Assembly: GCA_963845515.1 (NCBI GenBank)
Contig: CAWJSR010000049.1
Location: 32,001-96,000 of the forward strand
DNA from: an uncultured delta proteobacterium
Lineage (GTDB): Bacteria; Myxococcota; Myxococcia; Myxococcales; Anaeromyxobacteraceae
Direction: 5' to 3'
Length of the DNA: 64,000 nt
The first letter of the stretch is position 1. The number at the start of each line of letters is the position of its first letter. Positions 43,977 through 53,535 of the stretch are shown here, piece after piece. The notes under the pieces are model-generated. The model saw only the letters and a program-made list of their open reading frames with translations, was not told where the DNA came from and made no database searches. Both the position numbers and the translations under genes were made by a program.

Positions 43977-45737
43977 GCGCGCCGTTCCGGGCTCGCGTCG
44001 ACTTCCCGGGGCTCGGTCCCCTCGCCTTCGAGCGCCCCGTCCGCGTGCTCGCGGCGCACGCTCCCGGCGAGGTCCGGCCGGTCCTCGACGAGGTCGAGCG
44101 GGCCGCGCGTGCGGGGTCGTGGGCCGTAGGGCACGTGGCCTACGAGGCGGCGCCGGCCTTCGACTCCGCGCTCCGGACGCGCGTCCCGCAGCCAGGTCCG
44201 CTCGCCCTCTTCGGCCTCTTCGACCGCCCCTCGCCCGGCATCGAGCCCCTCGCGGGGAGCGCTCGGTCGGCTCATCCCCGAGATCGACCAGGAGGAGCAC
44301 GCGCGCGGCGTCGCGGCCATCAGGGAGACGCTTGCGGCCGGCGGCGCGTACCAGGTCAACCTCACCTTCCGGCTGCGCGGCCGCTTCGAGGGCGATCCAT
44401 TCGGCCTCTACGAGCGGCTCCTTCGTGGCCAGGGAGAGTGCCACGGCGCGTGCGTCGTTGCCGGGGAGCGGGCGGTGGTCTCGGCTTCGCCGGAGCTCTT
44501 CTTCGAGCGGCGAGGGGATCGCGTCCTGGTGCGGCCGATGAAGGGGACCCGCCGCCGCGGTCGCTTTCCCGAGGAGGACGCGGAGATCGGCGACGAGCTT
44601 GCGCGCTCCGAGAAGGATCGGGCCGAGAACGTGATGATCGTCGACCTGCTGCGCAACGACCTCGGGCGCGTGGCCGTGCCCGGAACCGTCCGCGCGACGA
44701 ACCTCTTCCAGGTCGAGCGGTACCGGACCGTCCACCAGCTCGTGTCCACGGTGGAGGCGCGGCTCGCGCCCGGCACCGGGCTGGCGCCGCTCCTCGGGGC
44801 GCTCTTCCCGTGCGGGTCGGTCACCGGCGCCCCGAAGGTGTGCGCGACCGCCATCATCGCCGCGCTGGAGCGCAGCCCGCGCGGCGCCTACTGCGGGGCG
44901 ATGGGCGTCGTCCTCCCGGGAGGAGACTCCTCCTTCAGCGTGGCCATCCGCACCGTCGAGATCGAGCTCACCACGGGCGAGGCAGCCTGCGGCGTGGGCG
45001 GGGGGATCACCTGGGGCTCCGACGCCGGCGAGGAGTGGCGGGAGGCGCTCGCCAAGGCGGCCTTCCTCGAGGAGGAGGACGTAGGGCTCGTCGAGACGCT
45101 GCGGCTGGAGCGCGGCGTGTACCCGCTGCTGGAGCGCCACCTCGCGCGGCTCGCTGAGTCTGCGCGTCACCTGGGGCTGGCCGTGGACCCCGCGGAGGCG
45201 CGCCGGGCGCTGCTGCGCCACGCCGAGGAGGCCGGGGCCGAGCCGCAGCGGGTGCGGCTCGTGGCGCGCGCCGGGTCGCTGGACGTCGCCGGAGAGCCGA
45301 TGCCGGTGGCCGCAGCGTATCCGCTCACCGTGGCGCTGGCACGCCGCCCCGTGTCGCGCATGGACCTGCGCCTGTTCCACAAGACGACGCAGCGCGAGCC
45401 CTACGACCTGCGCCGGGCCGAGGTGCCGGGCGTCTTCGACGTCATCCTGTGGAACGAAGAGGGCGAGCTGACGGAGCTCACCATCGGAAACCTGGTCGCC
45501 GAGATCGACGGCGCCCGGCTCACCCCGCCGCGCGGGTGCGGCCTGCTGGCGGGGGTGATGCGCGCGGAGCTGCTGGGCAGGGGAGAGGTGAAGGAGGCGA
45601 CCCTGCGCGTCGAGGACCTCGCGCGGGCGACGCGGCTCTGGCTCGTCAACGCCGTGCGCGGGTGGGTGCCGGTGCGCCTCGCAGGGGGCAGCGGCCAGCG
45701 CGGGCTAACTCGCGGACCTGGCCGTCGATGCCGATGA
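43973..45737 (+). CDS. pabB: Aminodeoxychorismate synthase component I fused to ADC lyase (PabB-PabC), apparent frameshift near 44270
   Basis: YEAA, YQVNLT, SASPELFF, PMKGTR, AENVMIVDLLRNDLG, FPCGSVTGAPK; class IV aminotransferase tail (HKTT, GLLAGVMR). Confidence 0.85.
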
Positions 45738-46491
45738 TCACGTCGCGGAACGGAACGTCCCGGCCTGACGCCGTGACGGCCTCTCGCGCGAGCCGCGCGA
45801 GGCCGCCGCAGCAGGGGACCTCCATCCGCACGACGGTGACGCTCTTCACGCCGCCGAGCGCGACGATGCCTGCGAGCTTCTCGGCGTAGGGCCCGACGTC
45901 ATCGAGCTTGGGACAGGCGATCACCAGCGCGCGACCGTCGAGGAAGTCGTCGTGGAAGCGGGCGAAGGCGCACGGGACGCAGTCGGCCGCCACCAGCAGG
46001 TCGGCGCCCTGGAACCACGGCGCGCGGACCGAGACCAGGTGGAGCTGGACGGGCCACTGACCGAGCTTGCTCTGGCCCGAGGACGGTCCGCCGCTGGCCC
46101 CACCTGGCGACGGGGCTCGCGGCAGCGCGACCGGCCGGGAGCCCGGGCAGCCGCCGCCTGCCGCAGCGCCCTGCCCGCCGGTCAGCACCGAGAGGCGCGG
46201 CCGTGCCTGCGCGGCCGGTGCCGCCTCTGCCGGCGTGCGCGGGCGCAGCGCGCCGCTCACCAGGTGGCCTTGACGGCCCCTTCGTCGAAGGGGGCCGCCT
46301 CGCGCTCGACCACCGCGATCGCGCCCCGTGGGCACTCGCCGAGGCAGGCGCCCAGCCCGTCGCAGAGCACGTCGCCGACCAGCCTGCGCCTTCCCGTCGA
46401 CGATGGCGATCGCCCCCTCTGCGCAGGAGGGGACACACTGCCCGCAACCATCGCACTTCGCCTCGTCTATCTGGACGATCTTTCGGAGCAT
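45646..46491 (-). CDS. 4Fe-4S dicluster protein (ferredoxin + conserved QWPVQL domain), two compensating indels near 46385 and 46265
   Basis: [26 protein letters not shown] in a shifted frame; [29 protein letters not shown]. 3' end uncertain. Confidence 0.8.
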   Translation of the reverse strand: MLRKIVQIDEAKCDGCGQCVPSCAEGAIAIVDGKAQAGRRRALRRAGRLPRRVPTGRDRGGRARGGPLRRRGRQGHLVSGALRPRTPAEAAPAAQARPRLSVLTGGQGAAAGGGCPGSRPVALPRAPSPGGASGGPSSGQSKLGQWPVQLHLVSVRAPWFQGADLLVAADCVPCAFARFHDDFLDGRALVIACPKLDDVGPYAEKLAGIVALGGVKSVTVVRMEVPCCGGLARLAREAVTASGRDVPFRDVIIGIDGQVRELARAGRCPLRGAPAPTRARR

Positions 46492-46635
46492 GAACGAGAA
46501 TGCATAGCGGGGCGCGCGCCCCGGATCGAGCCAATCTGCGAGGAAGCGTCCGCTTGCCGCCTCACGCGGACCCCGATCGGTCGTTTAGCCGTGCTATTCC
46601 ACTGGCGGTCGGTCCGAAGCCCGGAGGAACCAGAG

Positions 46636-48181
46636 ATGAGAGTCGCCACCCTCGCAGCCGCATCGCTCCTCGCCGCCTGTGCGGGGCCAGGGGGGCCGGC
46701 GTCGACGCTCAAGTCCGAGGTGGACCCCGCCGAGCTGGCAGCCCGCTGCGGGCGCGGGTACTCGACCGCCTGCCGCGAGCTCGGCCGCGCGCACTTCCTC
46801 GGCACCGGCGTCGAGCGGGACGATCGGCTGGGCGCGGCGCTCCTGACCAAGGCCTGCGAGATCGGCGACCCGGGCGGCTGCGGCGAGCTGGCGGTCCTCT
46901 ACGCCGTCGGGCGCGGACTGCGCCAGAGCGACGAGCGGTCGACCGCCCTCTCGCGCCGCGCGTGCGATCAGGGCTTCGCGCTCGCCTGCTCCAACCTCGG
47001 GGCGCTCATCGCCGAGGGGGCGGCCGACGCGAACCTGCGTCCAGACGAGGAGGCCGCTGGGCCCGGGAGCCGGATCATGAGGTCCTTCAAGACCGCCTGC
47101 GACTCCGGCGCGGCCGAAGGGTGCCTCAACCTCGGCGCGGAGTACGACAGCGGCAAGCACGCAGAGCGCGATCTCGCCGCGGCCGCCCGGCATTACCGCC
47201 GCGCCTGCGACCTGGGCCAGCCCGTCGCCTGCTACCGGCTCTCGCTCCTCGTCGAGGAGAAGCCGGCGCTCATGCCCGACCTGGCGGCGGCGATCCTCGC
47301 CCGGCGCGCCTGCAGCGGCGGGGTGCGCCCCGCCTGCGACACGGCCGGCGAGTCGGCCCCCGCGGGCGCCCCCGCGCCGGCCGACAGGCTGGTCGTCGTC
47401 CGCGAGAGCTTCGCGCTCGGGCTTCCCGGGCTCGGGCGGCTTCCACCCCTCGGAGCTCTCCGCGCGGTCGCGCGGCCGCCCCACGTTCGTCGCTCGACAC
47501 GGCCTCGCGCCCGACCGCGTCGGTGAAGATGGCGACGCCACCCGGCGTGCGCACGCGGCTTGGCTTCGACGTCGAGCCTCGCGCGGCCGACGAGGCCGAT
47601 CCGGCGGTGGAGCTCCTGCTCGCCCTGCGGCGGCAGCAGCTGGGCCAGTGCTACGAGCAGGCGCGCACCGACGCAGGCGTCCGGACGGAGCTCTTCGTCG
47701 CGTTCACCATCGACGCCGACGGGAAGCCGGCGCGGAGCCGCGCCGCGGCCGAGCCGACCGATCCGCTGCTGGAGGCCTGCGGGATCGACCTCGTCGCGAG
47801 CTGGGAGTTCCCGGTGCCGAAGGAGGGCGTGTCGGGCCCGTTCCTCGTCCGGTACGCCTTCGAGCCGGCGCCGCCGGGCCCCCGCCCGCGTTCGCCGGGC
47901 GAGGCTTCCTCCGTCCCGCCGCGCGCGCCGCCGGCTGCGTCGAGTCGAAGCTCCAGGTGCCGCTCGACTACCGCGGCACCGTCGGCGCACTGACCGTGAA
48001 GTTCGCCGTCGACGGGTCCGGCGCGCCGGTGCTCTATCACCCGCTCACGCCGGCGCCCGACTCGATCGTCGCCGCCGTCGGGGAGGCGATCCGGCGCTGC
48101 GAGTGGTCGCCCGGCGCCGACGCGAACGGCCGGAGCGTCCCGCTCTGGCTGACCCTCGCCGTCAGGCTGGAGGGGAAGTAG
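46636..48181 (+). CDS. Sel1-like-repeat lipoprotein with two TonB-C/AgmX-like C-terminal domains; several apparent frameshifts (47430-47900)
   Basis: GGAGG RBS; lipobox LLAAC; KACE.G...GC..L repeats; LGQCYEQ...FTIDADG...SWEFP.P; VKFAVDGSG...CEWSPG..NGRSV. Confidence 0.7.
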
Positions 48182-48263
48182 CGAACTCCGGCCGAAAACT
48201 GGAGGGGCCCCGTGTCCCGCGTTAGGAATCGACCGATATCGATCGGTTCCCGGAGGCGCGGGC

Positions 48264-49274
48264 GTGGGTGCGACGGCAGTCGTCCAGCAGGTCACCTGGG
48301 AAGAGGCGCTCCGCGCCGGGCGAGTCTTGTTCGGCACGAGCGCGGATGCGCTCCTGGCGGGCGCCGGCTGGCGTGACGAGCTGAAGCGCGCCTACAAGCG
48401 GCGCGTCCTGGAGACCCACCCCGACCGCGCGCAGACGCTGGGCAGGGCGGAGACGGAGCTGGCGCGCGAGTTCCAGGCCGTGGCAGACGCCTACCGGCTG
48501 CTCCAGGAAGCCCCCGACGGCAGCGGCTGGGTGCGCGCCCGGCAGCCGCCTCCGGCAGCCTGGCGCCCGGCGCCGAAGGGCGGCGCCGCCGCCGAGGCGG
48601 CCCGGGCGGCGCGCCGCGAGGCCGAGGCACGGCGCGCCGAGCGCGCGCGGCAGGCCGAGCAGGCGGCGAAGCGCCGCGAGGAGGAGCAGCGGGCTCGCTC
48701 CGGTCGTCGCGCCGAGCAGGCGCGGCGCGACGAGGAGGAGGCCCGGCTGGCCGAGGCCGTGCGAAGCGCGGCGCAAGCGAGGCGCGCGGAGGAGGGCGCG
48801 CGGGCGGCCCGCGAGGCGCGCGCGCGGCGCCCGCGGACCGCTGAGCCGGCGCCCGACTGGCGCCACGTCACGAAGGCGCGCCCGCTCCCTCGACGGCGGG
48901 TGCGCCTCGCCGAGTTCCTCTACTACAGCGGCCGGATCTCCTGGGCGGTGATGGTCGAGGCCATCACCTGGCAGCGGCTCCAGCGTCCCGCCGTCGGGCG
49001 CATCGCCGTCGACTTCGGCTTCCTGACGCCGCTCGAGGTGGCCAAGGTCATCGAGCGCCGCTGGCGCGCCGGCGCGGCCGGCGTCCCCTTCGGCGAGTAC
49101 GCGCTGCGCATCGGCGCGATCACGCCGTTCGAGCGGCTCGCGATGATCGGGCGCCAGACTCGGCTGCAGCGCCCCATCGGCCAGTTCTTCGTGGAGCGCG
49201 GCCTGATCGGGGAAGAGGAGTTCGAGGACCTGCGGCGCCAGATCGTGCGCCACAACCTGCGCCACTACGTGTGA
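48264..49274 (+). CDS. J-domain (DnaJ-like) protein with C-terminal MshEN-like repeats
   Basis: LKRAYKRR...THPDR...FQAVADAY.LL; charged helical linker; four (R/P)(L/V/F/I)(G/A)......G.(I/L) repeats. Confidence 0.8.
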   Translation: MGATAVVQQVTWEEALRAGRVLFGTSADALLAGAGWRDELKRAYKRRVLETHPDRAQTLGRAETELAREFQAVADAYRLLQEAPDGSGWVRARQPPPAAWRPAPKGGAAAEAARAARREAEARRAERARQAEQAAKRREEEQRARSGRRAEQARRDEEEARLAEAVRSAAQARRAEEGARAAREARARRPRTAEPAPDWRHVTKARPLPRRRVRLAEFLYYSGRISWAVMVEAITWQRLQRPAVGRIAVDFGFLTPLEVAKVIERRWRAGAAGVPFGEYALRIGAITPFERLAMIGRQTRLQRPIGQFFVERGLIGEEEFEDLRRQIVRHNLRHYV

Positions 49275-49440
49275 TCCGTCCCCCGGATGGCCCGCGCCGC
49301 GGCTGGGGCAGGGTGGCCTTCTCGGTGGCGCCCCTTCTGGTGCGTGAAGCGCCTACCCCTCCCGCATAAGCAGTCATTTGAATGGGCATTTGCGGGAGCA
49401 GACCCGATTAGGTATTCAGGAAGTCTGCGAGGGTGGGCAA

Positions 49441-49719
49441 ATGAACCAGCGCTGGATCCAGAACAGCAGGAACGGTGTCGCCCGCATCGAGCCGCGCCTG
49501 GCGAGGTTCGACGCATTCGATCGCTTCCTGTTCGTCACCCCCGTGATGTTCACGTCGTTCGCCTTCTTCCTGGCGGGATCGATGCCGGTCGAGGTGCTGA
49601 TCGGCGTCGTCTCGAGCTGCGTCATCGGTGACGCCCTGATCGCGCTCAAGTACGCCCTCCGCGTGCAGCCGCACCCTCCCGCGAAGGTCACCGACCTCGC
49701 GGCGCTGCGGTTCCGCTAG
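49441..49719 (+). CDS. Small two-TM membrane protein
   Basis: GAGGG upstream of ATG; two hydrophobic helices; host-like codon usage. Confidence 0.6.
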   Translation: MNQRWIQNSRNGVARIEPRLARFDAFDRFLFVTPVMFTSFAFFLAGSMPVEVLIGVVSSCVIGDALIALKYALRVQPHPPAKVTDLAALRFR

Positions 49720-50473
49720 CCTCTCGGGAGGCTCGCCGCGCGGCCGGTCGACGAACGGGCCGGCTGCGCCGCCCCTCGAGCCAGCGCCAGGCGGCCCACG
49801 CCGGCGCGCCCAGCCAGAGCAGCCAGCCTGCCGTTGCGATCGCCCCGCCGATCCCGCGGCAGCTGTCGCGCAGTCCCAGCATCCCGAGCATGTTCCACCA
49901 GTCGTGTGAGTCCTCGTCCGGCGCAAGCAGCGGGAGCACGCGCGCCGAGGCGTCGGCCGCGTAGGCGCCGATGTTCACCAGGTTGAAGCCGATCCAGAGG
50001 ATCGCCACCGCGAAGGGGGCCGCCCGGCGTGCTCGCGCGAAGGCGAGCGCCGCGGCCACCGGGAAGGCGAGCTGACCGAGCGTTCCTCCGAGGAACATCA
50101 GGAAGCGCGAGCCGAAGAGGCCGAAGATGGGGTGGCCCGCCTCGTGGAAGACGAGATCCGCACCCGAGACCACCGCGGCGAGGAAGCCGCGCGTCGCCTG
50201 AGACCACGCGAGGACGCCGGCGAAGATGGCCAGGGCCGCCACCTCCCAGCCCTCGGCCGCCGGGAAGATCCTGGACTCGCCCGGCGCCGGCGAAGGGGTC
50301 GGCGGCTCGCCGTCCGGCGCGCGCTCCAGGGCGACGAGCAGCCCGTCGGCCACGAGGTCGGTGCCGCAGCGCGGGCAGTGGTGGGGCAGCTGGGCCGGCG
50401 CGTGCTCCGCAGCCAGCTCGCGCGCGAGCCCACACGCCGGGCACGAGATTGAGACCGGCGCGCAGTCGTCCAT
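49688..50473 (-). CDS. Membrane protein with N-terminal zinc ribbon and HEAGH (M50-like) motif
   Basis: CPACG/CPRCG; FHEAGH, GGTLGQL, Y.ADA, HDW..ML. Confidence 0.7.
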   Translation of the reverse strand: MDDCAPVSISCPACGLARELAAEHAPAQLPHHCPRCGTDLVADGLLVALERAPDGEPPTPSPAPGESRIFPAAEGWEVAALAIFAGVLAWSQATRGFLAAVVSGADLVFHEAGHPIFGLFGSRFLMFLGGTLGQLAFPVAAALAFARARRAAPFAVAILWIGFNLVNIGAYAADASARVLPLLAPDEDSHDWWNMLGMLGLRDSCRGIGGAIATAGWLLWLGAPAWAAWRWLEGRRSRPVRRPAARRASREASGTAAPRGR

Positions 50474-50477
50474 CAGG

Positions 50478-51689
50478 TCACGGCCGGATCGTCCGAGGGA
50501 TCGTCAGCTCGAAGGTCGTGCCGGCCTCCCGGGTCGACGTGAAGCCGATCCTGCCGCGGAGGACCTTCTCGCCGAAGTGCTTCACGACGAAGGTTCCCTG
50601 GCCGCGCCCCTCGTTCCCCTTCGTGGAGAAGTACCGCTGGAAGATGCGCGGGGCGATCCCCGCCGGGATGACGCCCGCGTTCCAGACACGGAACGAGATC
50701 TCCCGCAGCCCCGCCACCACCGAGAGCTCGACCTCGGCGCCCTCCGAGGAGGCCTCGAACGCGTTGACGAGCATGTTGGTCACGACGCGCTGAAGCAGGA
50801 ACGGGTCGGTCTCGACCACGACGCCGCCGGCGTTTCCCGTGACCCGCAGCCGCTTCCGCCTCGCCACCGGGTGGTGGTGGAAGAGGCTGCCCAGCCCCTC
50901 GAGGATTCCCTCGAGCGGCACCCGGGCGATCGCCGGGTCGTAGCCGGAGGGGCGCGCAGCCATGAGGGCGCGCTGCAGCTTCAGCTCCTGGACGATGTGG
51001 GTGGCGACCTCCCGGGCGTCGGCCGCGGCGACCGTGATCTCGGCGGGGCTGGCACCGTCCATCGCGTCGCAGGCGCCGACGACGCCGAGGAGCAGGTTCG
51101 AGAGATCGTGGAAGAAGGCCCGCTCTAGCGCGGTCCGCCTCCGCTCGACCGAGACGTCGGCGAGCGACAGCAGGATGAACCGCTCCGGGGGGACCTCCAG
51201 CGCCTGGGCACGCACGCGGAACTCCGAGTCGATCAGCTCGCCATCCCGGTTCACGGTGAACGCGCAGTCGCGCTCCTCCGGCCCGCCCTTCTCCATGGCC
51301 GAGAGGATGGAGACGGCCGCGCCGCACGTCCTGCACGCCGGGCCGGTGCCGCAGCCGCCGGGAAGGTGCTCCTTCGCATGGACGCAGCGGACCGCCTCGC
51401 CCGGGCGGAGGCCGAGGATCGCCCCGGGCTCCTCGACGCCCAGGAGCGCCAGGTAGGTCGCGTTGAGCGCCACCACCTGCCGGCGCGAGTTCAGCACGGC
51501 GATCGCCCCCGTCCAGGTCTTCAGGATCGCGTCGACGAGCGGGCTGGACGACGCCAGGGCGATCTGCGACGCGAGCTGGTCGCTGGACGCCCGCTCGGGC
51601 TCCAGGAACCAGGTGCGCTTCGGCTCGGGGAGGGCATCCAGCTCCTGCTCCAGCGCCCGGATCCGCTCGGCAAGGCTGTCGTCCGTCAC
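50478..51689 (-). CDS. Sensor histidine kinase with Cys-rich PAS-like domain
   Basis: RPGEAVRCVHA...GCGTGPACRTCG; FFHDLSN; NMLVNAFEA, IFQRYFSTKG, GRGQG; start uncertain. Confidence 0.8.
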   Translation of the reverse strand: MTDDSLAERIRALEQELDALPEPKRTWFLEPERASSDQLASQIALASSSPLVDAILKTWTGAIAVLNSRRQVVALNATYLALLGVEEPGAILGLRPGEAVRCVHAKEHLPGGCGTGPACRTCGAAVSILSAMEKGGPEERDCAFTVNRDGELIDSEFRVRAQALEVPPERFILLSLADVSVERRRTALERAFFHDLSNLLLGVVGACDAMDGASPAEITVAAADAREVATHIVQELKLQRALMAARPSGYDPAIARVPLEGILEGLGSLFHHHPVARRKRLRVTGNAGGVVVETDPFLLQRVVTNMLVNAFEASSEGAEVELSVVAGLREISFRVWNAGVIPAGIAPRIFQRYFSTKGNEGRGQGTFVVKHFGEKVLRGRIGFTSTREAGTTFELTIPRTIRP

Positions 51690-51776
51690 CGTGGCTACCC
51701 CCGCGACCCGCTGTCCCCCGCGTCGGCGGGAGCGCACACCTCCCATACTCTGGCGCATCGCCGCGCGCAGTGCACG

Positions 51777-53420
51777 CTACCCGTGCCCCTCGCCCGGCTC
51801 CGTGATCCAGCGCGCCGCGATGAAGAGCGCGCCCATCGCCGCGTAGCCGGCTGCCCACGGCCAGGCAGGCCCCAGCCGGATCGCGGTGTCCCCGGCCGTG
51901 TACGTGTACGCGTGCATCAGCCCGGCCGCCGAGAGGCCAGCGCCCGCGAGCATCCACGCGCCTGCGCGTGCGAACCGCTTCTCGATGATGGCCACCGTCG
52001 CCGCCGCCAGGATCATCGACGTGAAGATGAAGCCCTGCTCCAGCGCGAAGGCCCCCTCGATCCAGGTGTCGCTCGCGGCGAACCTGGCGACGAGGTCTGG
52101 ACCGAAGGGCGGCCCGCCCGGTCCCGCCGACTCCTGCCGCGCGCAGCCCGTTCTTCGCCATGAGCGCGCCCCAGGCGCCGATCGCCGGGAAGCAGGCCGA
52201 CCACGACGGCCGGCGCGTGCTCGCGCGGCGTCGCCTGGAACGCCTGGGCGCTGATCACGATGCCGATCCAGAGGACGATCGCCATGCCGGCGTCGACGGG
52301 GACGGCCCAGGCGATGAGCGCGAGCGTCCCGGTGAGCGCGACGATCGTGACGAACGCGCCGTTGAGGATCGAGTAGCCGGCGCGCGCGCCGAGCGCCTTC
52401 CAGCCGGGGTGGCCGATGTAGATGGTCGTCGGGAAGCAGGAGCCGAAGAGGGCCGCCGCGAGCGTCCCGACGCCGTTCACGAGCAGCGACGGGCGCGTCT
52501 CGTAGGGATCGCCCGCGGCCTCGGCCGACTCGATGTTCTGGAGCGAGCCGATGACGTTGAAGAGCCCCATCGGGAGGATGACCGAGAGGTAGGTCGCGAG
52601 GAGATCGCCGCGCAGCGACGCGAGGACCGCGCCGAGGGCGGGGACGGGCAGCGCGAGGCCGGTCCACTCCGGGCGCGGCCCGGCAGGCGCGATGCCCGGT
52701 GACCCACGCCAGCAGCGTCCCGAGCGCGACGGCGACGAGCCCGCCGGGGAGGCGCCCCCTGAACCGGACGCGGCCGAAGTAGGTGAGCATCACGACGCCC
52801 AGCGTCGCGAGGCCGACGACCGGGCGCGCGAAGGTCCGGAAGAGGAAGCCGAGCGAGATGAAGCCCAGGGCGATGCCGGCGAGCGTCGAGAGGAGCGCAG
52901 CGCGCGGCGTGGCCTTGCGGACCCGCTCGGCCACGAAGGCTCCCGCGCTCTCGATGAGCCCCGAGCCGATGCAGGCGAGCAACCCCGCGTGCCACGCGAC
53001 GGTCGCCGGGTCCGCGTGGCCGGCGGCCTGGGCGGCGAGCTTCGCCGGGAGCATCACGAGGAAGACGTGGGCGAAGAGCGAGACGGTGTTGATGCCGTAC
53101 GGGAGCGCGCAGACGTCCGTCCTCCCGGTGCGCGCAGCGAGCCGCTTCGCCTGCCACGCGTAGAAGAGGTTGCCGACCAGGATCGACACGGCGGCGCCGG
53201 GCAGGACCCGGCCGTGGACGAGCGCCGCGGGGAAGCCGAGGACGAAGCGGCAGAGCGCGTCGATCAGCAGGAGCTGGACGAGGTTGTCGATGGCGAGCCC
53301 GAAGAAGCCGTCGACGTCGCCGCGGACGAGCCAGGGGAGCACCGCCCTCTCCCCCGCCCCCGCGGGGGAGAGGGAAGGGTGAGGGGGAGGCATGGCGGGT
53401 GACTTGGGTGCGCTCTCCAT
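51777..53420 (-). CDS. NCS2/AzgA-like nucleobase permease, apparent frameshifts near 52695 and 52180
   Basis: [63 protein letters not shown] across three frames. Confidence 0.85.
   Translation of the reverse strand: MESAPKSPAMPPPHPSLSPAGAGERAVLPWLVRGDVDGFFGLAIDNLVQLLLIDALCRFVLGFPAALVHGRVLPGAAVSILVGNLFYAWQAKRLAARTGRTDVCALPYGINTVSLFAHVFLVMLPAKLAAQAAGHADPATVAWHAGLLACIGSGLIESAGAFVAERVRKATPRAALLSTLAGIALGFISLGFLFRTFARPVVGLATLGVVMLTYFGRVRFRGRLPGGLVAVALGTLLAWVTGHRACRAAPGVDRPRAARPRPRRGPRVAARRSPRDLPLGHPPDGALQRHRLAPEHRVGRGRGRSLRDAPVAARERRRDARGGPLRLLLPDDHLHRPPRLEGARRARRLLDPQRRVRHDRRAHRDARAHRLGRPRRRRHGDRPLDRHRDQRPGVPGDAARARAGRRGRPASRRSAPGARSWRRTGCARQESAGPGGPPFGPDLVARFAASDTWIEGAFALEQGFIFTSMILAAATVAIIEKRFARAGAWMLAGAGLSAAGLMHAYTYTAGDTAIRLGPAWPWAAGYAAMGALFIAARWITEPGEGHG
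53345..53387. repeat. REP-like element inside the N-terminus of the NCS2 permease
   Basis: CCCTCTCCCCCGCCCCCGCGGGGGAGAGGGAAGGGTGAGGGGG (reverse orientation of copy 1); encodes [14 protein letters not shown]. Confidence 0.8.
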
Positions 53421-53535
53421 GGAGGGTCTCCAGGCTGCGGCGGTGGGTCGCCCATCGTAGCGCGGCGCGGGGGCCGGCCGGGCCCGTTTCGGGGCCGCGC
53501 CTGGCGGCCTCACCTGCGGTTACACTCCTCCCGCC

